In this document: positions 46,815 to 53,593 of the stretch, piece by piece
Position numbering within the stretch: the stretch's first letter is position 1
Layout of the letters: every line of letters begins with the position of its first letter
NCBI GenBank assembly: GCA_033875315.1
Contig: JANRJG010000041.1
Location: 64,467-128,466 of the forward strand
Length of the DNA: 64,000 nt
Direction: 5' to 3'
Origin: Candidatus Methylacidiphilales bacterium
GTDB taxonomy: Bacteria > Verrucomicrobiota > Verrucomicrobiia > Methylacidiphilales > CAZTYG01
Notes under the pieces: generated by a model
Databases searched by the model: none
The model's input: only the letters and a program-made list of their open reading frames with translations
Told to the model about the DNA's origin: nothing
Made by a program: the position numbers and the translations under genes

Positions 46815-47527
46815 CGGAAAAGGTTGTAGCGGACGATGCACCACAAGGCCCTCACCCCGTCTTTCCAGCCGATTTTTTTCCCCTCTTCGTAGGTACGCCC
46901 GTAGTAAGAGATGGGAACCTCGTAAATGCGCAGCCTGGGTTGGTGGCGCGCCACTTTGGCGGTGATCTCAGGCTCAAATCCAAATCGCTCTTCCTCGATC
47001 TTCATCCCTTGGATGATTTCCCGTTTGAAGACTTTGTAGCACGTTTCCATATCGGTGAGGTTGAGATTGGTGAACATGTTCGAAAGCAGGGTGAGGAACG
47101 TATTCCCCACGTAGTGCCAAAAATACAGCACCCGGTGGGTACCCGATCCCATGAAACGCGACCCGAAAACCACATCGGCCCGGTCATCCCAGAGGGGACG
47201 CAAGAGGGTGGGATAATCCTCCGGGGTGTATTCCAAATCGGCATCCTGAATCAACACATAGGGTGCCGTGGCGTGTCCGAAGCCGCTCCGCAGGGCGGCA
47301 CCCTTTCCCCGGTTCACCTCGTGCCGGAAAATCCGAATACGGCGATCGCCCTCGGCCAGTTTCTCCATCACCCTCCAAGTCCCGTCCCGCGAGCAATCAT
47401 CCACCAGAATCAGTTCCGCCACTTCGGGACGGACCAAAACGGCTTCCACCACCCGGGAAAGGGTGGATTCCTCATTGAACACAGGCATGACGACAGAAAC
47501 AGTTCTCTGGACATCTTCAGGTGTCAT
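46811..47527 (-). CDS. GT2 polyprenol-monophosphate hexose synthase (Ppm1/DPM1-like)
   Basis: [34 protein letters not shown]. Confidence 0.85.
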   Translation of the reverse strand: MTPEDVQRTVSVVMPVFNEESTLSRVVEAVLVRPEVAELILVDDCSRDGTWRVMEKLAEGDRRIRIFRHEVNRGKGAALRSGFGHATAPYVLIQDADLEYTPEDYPTLLRPLWDDRADVVFGSRFMGSGTHRVLYFWHYVGNTFLTLLSNMFTNLNLTDMETCYKVFKREIIQGMKIEEERFGFEPEITAKVARHQPRLRIYEVPISYYGRTYEEGKKIGWKDGVRALWCIVRYNLFR

Positions 47528-47856
47528 CTTGCCGGGAATTTATCGGATTCTTGTTCCATTGCCAACGAAAGCTTCCCACTTCGCGGCATCTTCATTCTCC
47601 CCTTCGTAACGCCCGGAACATAGCGCTTCGCCCCGTTCTTGACTCTGGCGTGTTACACAACACGGAACAAACTGGACCTGTGAAGTTTGGGGGTAGTGTC
47701 AAAAGGCAATTGATGGCCACTTCCTCCTGCTTGTCTGGTCCGATCAGGCTTATACCAAGTTGAATGGATTAAGCGGAAAATGAGGCAAACGCGCTCGGCT
47801 TGTCCCGCCATAGGCCCGGCGACGGCGGAAGTGCGCGTTCCGCCTTGGATGCCTTT

Positions 47857-47960
47857 GGTGGAGCGGGCCGTGTGAGGTCGCGTTCTCCCGTGACCACGTC
47901 ACCGTGGAACGGGACACGTGGCGCTTCCAACGCGGTCACGCGAACCTCCGCGTGAGCGGC
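47857..47960. repeat. intergenic hairpin element, copy 2 (44-nt structured loop)
   Basis: Same flanks and stem (47872-47884 / 47929-47939). A 36-nt insertion is confined to the loop, and it is itself self-complementary (cccg..ccacg tcac cgtgg..cggg). Confidence 0.7.
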
Positions 47961-48107
47961 ACGTTGCCGCAACGGGGCTCACAGTGCCGGGCACGTTGGG
48001 TTCCCGCCCATTCAGTTAGATTTGATATTAGAGCCTGCGGAACCTTCTGATCGGCTCAAATTCCCAATCCCTCCTATTGAAAAACCACTCTCTGAACCTT
48101 CCTTCAT

Positions 48108-48146
48108 AAAAAGACTCCCCGGCCATATCCTCTCATGGGCCGGCTC
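48108..48146 (-). terminator. possible intrinsic terminator downstream of 48270..49418
   Basis: The minus strand reads gagCCGGCCcatgagaggatatGGCCGGggagtcttttta: a GC stem followed by a T-run after a 4-nt gap. Imperfect geometry. Confidence 0.35.
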
Positions 48147-48269
48147 TGAACATCGTATGTGTTTGCCGCGCCTTGAACACCGGGACCTCAATGCCTTCCA
48201 CCGACTACTGCAAGATTGACCATGAAAAGGATCGGCATGGATTTACTTTCCATTTTTTGGCGCAGGATC

Positions 48270-49418
48270 TCAATCCAAGGGCAGATGAAAGGGCAGCCAT
48301 TTCACGCGATAAAAGAGACGTCCAGCGCCGGCGGGGTCATGGTCCGTCAGGACTTCGGCCCCTGCCCCTTGGATGACAGAACCCAGCGAAGTCCAAGTCA
48401 CCAGGTCCGGTGATGACTCTACCTGATAACCATTTTTATTCACTCCAGGAAAACGCAGACGGACTTGCAAGCCCGGAAGGATTTCCAAAGAAGGCTTAAG
48501 TTCGGGGAGGGAGGGATTGAATACCACGGTGCCATGATTAAAGACGACCGGCGAATCCATCAACACAGGCGCGTTCCAGTTTGCCCAATCATTGGTCGAT
48601 TCAACGTAAGACATTCTACTGTAAATAGCATCGGCAAAGTAAAACCGCCAATTCGTGCCGCCCAGGTGGACCATGGTGCCGCCTTCCTTATAAGCACCAA
48701 TGCCCTGCCAATTCCCGCCACGGACCACTGCATAGGGACCGGTCAGGGCATTAGACTTGGCCCATTGGATACAACTTGTCGATACATCAAAGTAAAACAA
48801 GTGGTACTCTCCTCCCCGCTTCACCACATAGGCATCATAATACCCCACGAATGTGGTGCTCCCCGGGGGATGGGTGAATGAGGGGAAAGCACTTCCAGTC
48901 AATTCCGTCGGAGCAGACCAGGAGGACCATTGCCCGGATGATGTGGGATGGATCTCATACAAACGATGCTCGCGGGTTATCAGCGGTGAAACACTGAATA
49001 ATATGTGCAGCGATCCATCGTCGTCGCGAAACCACTCCGGAGCCCAGGTGTAGTTTGTGTTCGGAATACCTGCGGTACTGACATCGATCACCTTGGTCCA
49101 GTTGACCAAGTCGGTAGACCTTAGGATGGTGAAGTAGGCCGCGTTCCCCAAATTACTCCCAGCGGTGTGGCAGACATACCAAGCATCCGGCAATTTGATA
49201 ATCGAAGGGTCGCGCAGGGTTTCGGGTGAAGTCGTTGTAAAAACCGGCCCCCCGGTGAGCGGATCAAAGCGCCTGCCATCAAATGAGGAAGCGAGATAAA
49301 GTTGTGTCTGAGCCGAATTGGAAAACGTGGCAAAGTAATAGCGCGGCGTTGTTGCGTCGAGAGACCAAGCCCGCGTCATGCCGCAAAAAACCGCCGTGCC
49401 GGCAGCCGCACAGCGCAT
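48270..49418 (-). CDS. secreted beta-propeller glycoside-hydrolase-like protein (GH43-like) with C-terminal beta-sandwich
   Basis: Signal-like start MRCAAAGTAVFCGMTRAWS. LRDPSII, WAPEWF and AYKEGGTMV resemble 5-bladed propeller hydrolases. Weak call. The track start is 49553. Confidence 0.42.
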   Translation of the reverse strand: MRCAAAGTAVFCGMTRAWSLDATTPRYYFATFSNSAQTQLYLASSFDGRRFDPLTGGPVFTTTSPETLRDPSIIKLPDAWYVCHTAGSNLGNAAYFTILRSTDLVNWTKVIDVSTAGIPNTNYTWAPEWFRDDDGSLHILFSVSPLITREHRLYEIHPTSSGQWSSWSAPTELTGSAFPSFTHPPGSTTFVGYYDAYVVKRGGEYHLFYFDVSTSCIQWAKSNALTGPYAVVRGGNWQGIGAYKEGGTMVHLGGTNWRFYFADAIYSRMSYVESTNDWANWNAPVLMDSPVVFNHGTVVFNPSLPELKPSLEILPGLQVRLRFPGVNKNGYQVESSPDLVTWTSLGSVIQGAGAEVLTDHDPAGAGRLFYRVKWLPFHLPLD

Positions 49419-49777
49419 CAAAGACTTGATGTCCAGATGAATCACTCTGCCATGGTATCCAAGCCCGGGATCGCCTTCAATACTTATTATTGCTAAGTTA
49501 GGTGTCTCTTTCCCCCATTCTTTTAGAGAAACAAGCAACCAGGACCAAGACATGCCGGCCCCTGATGTCCCTCACGAGGAGACCCAAGAGAACTTGCGTC
49601 AAAAGAACCGTTCTCACACATGTCCAACTGCGCGTTCCCGCCTCGTTTCGCTCGAGGTGTAAACGCACACCAATCAACCAGACAGGGCGGATCAATCAAA
49701 CAAAGAAAAAACACGAGAGCCCCATTGCAGAAGCGTCCGTGGCCATCCCGCCCTACGTCCCCGCATTTGGATTAGAA

Positions 49778-51775
49778 TCAACCGCTCACTTGTCGCTCTG
49801 TACCAACAAAACCCCTGATCACCCTCACCATGCGGTCGATCTGGGCCGGGGTCAGGCCGGGATAGACTCCGATGAAGATCGCCTCATTCATGATTCTATC
49901 CGCACCCGGGAGAAGGCTTGTTGCTCCTTGTTTGCCCCGGCTTCCCCCGACGACGCGGAACGCGTCCGGGTTGTCATGACGCAACTGGACGAATGCCGGC
50001 TGGCGGACGAGGTTGCCACCAAAGAGCATGCGGTTGCCGATCTTGTGTTCGTCCAAATGCCGGGCCAGATCTGTGCGGGAAAAAGGAGCCCCGGGCTTCA
50101 CCAGCATCATGAAGCCGAACCAGGACGGACTGCAGCGCAGCCCGTGTTCATGTGACATGTCTGAGTTTAAGGGAGAAAGACCGTCGGATTTCCATCCGAA
50201 TGAGGCCTCCTGCCATTCGTCTTTTCTTGAACTTAAACCTTCAACTTCAACTCCCAACCATGCGGATGCATGGGTGGGCAGGGCAAACTCCAGCACATCC
50301 TCCAGCCCGGCCAATCCCCGGCGCAACAATTCCCAGTTGCGTTTGCGGGCCTCGATGAAGGCGGGCATCTTCTTCAATTGGGCCCGGCCGATGGCCGCCT
50401 GCGGATCGAGCGGCTTCAGGTTGTAGCCGATGTGGCTGTAGATGTATTTGTGGTCGTAGCCCTCGGGCAGTTCACCCAGTTGCCAGCCGAACCGTTTCCG
50501 GCAGGTGTTATCGACCCCGCTGGCGCACCAGCAATCCCGGCCCCAGTCCCGGAAGCTCTCCACCAGCACCTTGAGCTTCATGTCCTTGACGATGTTGATG
50601 GCCCCACCCTCGCCCATGGTCAGGTGGTGCGGCGGGTAGAAGGACTGTGTGCTGAGGTCACCGAAAGTGCCGGTGTAGGCGGTCAAAATCCCGTCCACGA
50701 TACGGGGGATTTTGAGTGCCTGGTTCTGTGTGTTTGATTCTGGGTTGGCTCTCGCGCGCTGGAGAAGATGCTGCAATCCCAAGGATTCGGCCAACGCGAC
50801 GGGAAGCGAATATGTGCAACCCAGGGCATCACAATTGTCCTCGATCAGCCAGAGGTCGTGTTTTTTGCAGAAGGCCAGCACGGTGGCCAGATCGAAGGGG
50901 TTGCCCAGGGCGTGGGCCATCATGACGGCCTTGGTTTTCCCGGGGACAAAGGCTTCCTCCAAGCGGGAGAGATCGGCGTTGCCGGTCGTGGGGTCATTGT
51001 CGAGGAAAACGGGCACCGCGCCATTTTGCAGGATCGGGGCCACGGTGGTGGGGAATCCGGCCGCGCAGGTGATGATTTCGTCGCTGGGACGGATGCGTTT
51101 CTCCGGTGGCAGTTTGTGGCTGGTCAGGGCGGTGAAGGCCAGCAGGTTGGCCGAAGAGCCGGAATTGGTCAGGATACAGCGGCGCACCCCGAGGAATTCC
51201 GCCAGTTCGGATTCAAAAGCCTCACCCTCCTTGCCCAGGGTGAGCCAAAAATCGAGGGTGGCGGAAACCGCCGCCGTCACTTCGTCTTCATCAAAGACAC
51301 GACCGGCGTAGGGAATGGCTTCCGGCTTCAAGTTTCCGGCTTCAAGTTTCCGGTGGGTTTCAGCCTCCGTTTCCAAGCGGACCTCATCATCCCCGGGCCT
51401 TTGCGCCAAGTGGGTCAGGCGGGAGAAGGAACGGGAATTGGACAAGGCCAAGGCTTTGTGACAATCCTTCAAACGAGAGGGCTTCAGTGACGCGCCCCAA
51501 TCCCGAAGCTCGGATTCATGAACGGTCAGAAAGCGGTCTGTGCGGATATAACTCGTCTTCAGCAAACGACCGCTGGCCAGATCTTCCTGGGTAAAGGCGA
51601 TCGCATGAGGATAGTGCGGCGCACCGGTGACTTTGAGAAGAGTGACGTCACCCTGTTTATCAGCGCCCGTGATCGCCAATGCAGGCCTGCTTTTCGAAGA
51701 AAAGGATGCCGACCCCTTGCGGTCGGAATCCGTATGTGGCCAGTCAAGGTAGTAAAAGCGGCCGGGTTGGATCAT
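49778..51775 (-). CDS. rfbH: RfbH/DdhC-type CDP-6-deoxy-4-hexulose 3-dehydrase with an N-terminal PemK/MazF-like domain fused in frame
   Basis: Residues ~150-665 match RfbH-family motifs from memory: YAGRVFDEDEV, NSGSSANLLA, AAGFPTTVAP, SFYPPHHLTMGEGG (His replaces the PLP Lys), DWGRDCWCASGVDNTCRKRFG (Cys cluster), GYDHKYIYSHIGYNLKP, SWFGF, RMLFGGNL. Residues 1-~110 look like a PemK/MazF toxin: GRFYYLDW, SKSRPALAIT, LLKTSYIRTDRFLTV. Confidence 0.8.
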   Translation of the reverse strand: MIQPGRFYYLDWPHTDSDRKGSASFSSKSRPALAITGADKQGDVTLLKVTGAPHYPHAIAFTQEDLASGRLLKTSYIRTDRFLTVHESELRDWGASLKPSRLKDCHKALALSNSRSFSRLTHLAQRPGDDEVRLETEAETHRKLEAGNLKPEAIPYAGRVFDEDEVTAAVSATLDFWLTLGKEGEAFESELAEFLGVRRCILTNSGSSANLLAFTALTSHKLPPEKRIRPSDEIITCAAGFPTTVAPILQNGAVPVFLDNDPTTGNADLSRLEEAFVPGKTKAVMMAHALGNPFDLATVLAFCKKHDLWLIEDNCDALGCTYSLPVALAESLGLQHLLQRARANPESNTQNQALKIPRIVDGILTAYTGTFGDLSTQSFYPPHHLTMGEGGAINIVKDMKLKVLVESFRDWGRDCWCASGVDNTCRKRFGWQLGELPEGYDHKYIYSHIGYNLKPLDPQAAIGRAQLKKMPAFIEARKRNWELLRRGLAGLEDVLEFALPTHASAWLGVEVEGLSSRKDEWQEASFGWKSDGLSPLNSDMSHEHGLRCSPSWFGFMMLVKPGAPFSRTDLARHLDEHKIGNRMLFGGNLVRQPAFVQLRHDNPDAFRVVGGSRGKQGATSLLPGADRIMNEAIFIGVYPGLTPAQIDRMVRVIRGFVGTERQVSG
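50226..50253. repeat. solo copy of the ~28-nt cassette-arm element, in frame inside rfbH
   Basis: cttgaacttaaaccttcaacttcaactc. Its reverse complement shares the first 12 nt (gagttgaagttg) and an 8-nt block (tttaagtt) with 53187-53216. About 20 of 26 positions match 53594-53619 in the same orientation. Confidence 0.65.
51322..51349. repeat. perfect 14-nt tandem duplication (ccggcttcaagttt x2) inside the PemK-RfbH linker
   Basis: Read directly from the sequence. Encodes ...KLEAGNLKPEA... Confidence 0.8.
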
Positions 51776-51987
51776 TTGCCGGGGATTTCAAAGAGTTCTT
51801 CCGCAGATTCATCTTCATCCCCTCGGATGAAGGAAGGCATTTGCAGGTCCAGCATCGCTTTTCGTTCGAGCGAGATACTCAGAAGCTCATTTTCGGTATA
51901 AAGTTCTAAGTGTGCCCCCTCGGGAATGGGTTCGCTCGAGTCTATGACCCGCAACACGCCACCCTCCTTGACGACAGTGATACTCAT
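51772..51987 (-). CDS. small antitoxin-like protein (DUF104/AF2212-like N-terminus)
   Basis: 71 aa MSITVVKEGGVLRVIDSSEPIPEGAHLEL... with an acidic tail. ATGA overlaps at both ends: with the rfbG stop (51984-51987) and the toxin-domain start (51772-51775). The track's longer 145-aa version overlaps rfbG. Confidence 0.5.
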   Translation of the reverse strand: MSITVVKEGGVLRVIDSSEPIPEGAHLELYTENELLSISLERKAMLDLQMPSFIRGDEDESAEELFEIPGK

Positions 51988-53225
51988 AATGGTGCATGAT
52001 ACTCCCTGATCTGTCTCCGGGTCAATTCTCCCGGATTGCCCCCCTCGTGAACTCCACGATACCACGCCACGGTTTGTGACAACGTGGTGGCAAAATCCCA
52101 TCGCGGTGACCAGCCCAACAGATGATGGGCCTTGTCCCAGACGAGATTGAGCTTCCCGGCCTCGTGGGGGGCGTTCGGGTCGGAGCGGTCCTCCCAGGTG
52201 CCTGGCCAATGTTTGAGTATTTCCTCGACCAGCTCTTCGACCGTCTTGTTGGATTCCAGATGGGGACCGAAGTTGAAGGCGGCGCAGAGCTCTGCCGTTG
52301 AAGGGTTGAAGGGTTGAGAGGTCGAGGGGATTCCACCTTTAAATCCTTCAACGCCGCCTGCGGCGGCATTCACCCCATCAACACTTGCGGCGAGACGAGC
52401 CGCAAGGAGGAGATAACCGGACAGAGGCTCCAACACGTGCTGCCAGGGACGGGTGGAGATTTTGTTGCGCACGGGCACCGGATGTCCGGAAGCAAGGGCG
52501 CGGATGGCGTCGGGCACAATACGGTCCATAGCCCAATCCCCGCCCCCGATGACATTGCCCGCCCGGGCCGAGGCAACGAAGCACGATGCACGAAGCCCTT
52601 CATCTTCGAAAAACGAATTCCGCCAGGAAGCAATGGCGATCTCCGCCGCGCCTTTGCTCGAACTGTAGGGATCGTGGCCGCCGAGCGGATCCACTTCCCG
52701 GTAGCCGTGCAACCACTCACGGTTTTCGTACACTTTGTCGGTGGTGATGAGGACCGCGACGGTCGTCACCTTGCTCAAGTTTGAGTCGGAAGTTGAAACT
52801 CCCCTTAAACTTGCGGCTTTGGCTTCTTGAAGTGCCCTCAGCGCTTCAAGAACATGGATGGTGCCCATGACGTTGGTTTCCCAGGTCTCCACCGGGGTGC
52901 TGTAGGACAAGCGGACCAAGGGTTGGGCGGCCAGGTGGAAGACGAAGTCGGGCGAAATTTCCAATACGGTCTTTTTCACCGAAGCCCCGTCGCGGATGTC
53001 ACCTCGGCGGTCATTCATTCGGGAGGCGAGTCCCAGTTGATCGAAGAGACAGGGCGAGGACACGGGCTCCGGCAGGCTGAAGCCATGGACCTTGGCCCCG
53101 AGGGAGAGGAGCCACTCACAGAGCCAGGCCCCTTTGAATCCGGTGTGGCCGGTCACGAAAACGTTCTTTCCAAGGAACGTTTTCGTGAGTTGAAGTTGTG
53201 AATTTAAGTTTAAGAGGGAACTCAT
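51984..53225 (-). CDS. rfbG: CDP-glucose 4,6-dehydratase
   Basis: VFVTGHTGFKGAWL, FHLAAQPLVRLSY, DKVYENREW, DPYSSSKGAAE, RAGNVIGGGDW, RPWQHVLEPLSGY. Carries in-frame inserts (see findings). Confidence 0.9.
   Translation of the reverse strand: MSSLLNLNSQLQLTKTFLGKNVFVTGHTGFKGAWLCEWLLSLGAKVHGFSLPEPVSSPCLFDQLGLASRMNDRRGDIRDGASVKKTVLEISPDFVFHLAAQPLVRLSYSTPVETWETNVMGTIHVLEALRALQEAKAASLRGVSTSDSNLSKVTTVAVLITTDKVYENREWLHGYREVDPLGGHDPYSSSKGAAEIAIASWRNSFFEDEGLRASCFVASARAGNVIGGGDWAMDRIVPDAIRALASGHPVPVRNKISTRPWQHVLEPLSGYLLLAARLAASVDGVNAAAGGVEGFKGGIPSTSQPFNPSTAELCAAFNFGPHLESNKTVEELVEEILKHWPGTWEDRSDPNAPHEAGKLNLVWDKAHHLLGWSPRWDFATTLSQTVAWYRGVHEGGNPGELTRRQIREYHAPL
52297..52328. repeat. tandem octamer array (gttgaagg x2, gttgagag, gtcgaggg) inside rfbG
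   Basis: Four consecutive 8-nt units. A further gttgaagg lies at 52272-52279 and an inverted copy ccttcaac at 52345-52352. Confidence 0.75.
52824..52852. other. perfect 9-bp hairpin (ttcttgaag / cttcaagaa, 11-nt loop) inside rfbG; neighbouring 9/10 hairpin 52776-52785 / 52804-52813
   Basis: Read directly. Both lie in the segment encoding the rfbG insert ...QEAKAASLRGVSTSDSNLSKVTT... Confidence 0.75.
53187..53216. repeat. inverted-repeat arm (stop-codon side) of four-helix-bundle cassette 2; also encodes the rfbG N-terminal extension
   Basis: gagttgaagttgtgaatttaagtttaagag. The reverse complement of 53594-53619 is cttgaagttgtaattttaagttagag. Matched blocks of 10+5+5+4 nt separated by small bulges. 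Confidence 0.7.
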
Positions 53226-53584
53226 TTTAAGACATCCGGGGTTTTCAGGCTTCTGGTAAACGCATAAAGTATGTGCGAAAAATCCGCACGTTCACGCAGA
53301 TAAGTTTCCAACTCGGCACCGGTTGCGACCGCCAACTCCCAGGCAATCATCAACTGCGATCTAAGTTCACCAAGTGGGCCCCGGGCGATGCCCACAAAAC
53401 GGGCAAATTCCGCAGGAAAGTTTCGTTCCGCCCGTTCTGCGATTTTGGAGGGCACACTGATGGCGGTTCGTAAAATCCGGCCTCGTAGTGCAAAGAAACG
53501 GCAATCAATGAACACACGACAAACGTAGACGGTCGGTTTGTGGGCTCTTTCCCAAATTTCCAGATCCTCAAAGCCTCTGCTCAT
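53222..53584 (-). CDS. four-helix-bundle protein (23S rRNA IVS protein / Avd-like family), divergent copy
   Basis: FEDLEIWERAHK..., RTAISVPSKIAERAER, IARGPLGELRSQL. ATGA overlap with the rfbG start. Confidence 0.75.
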   Translation of the reverse strand: MSRGFEDLEIWERAHKPTVYVCRVFIDCRFFALRGRILRTAISVPSKIAERAERNFPAEFARFVGIARGPLGELRSQLMIAWELAVATGAELETYLRERADFSHILYAFTRSLKTPDVLK

Positions 53585-53593
53585 GACAATCCG

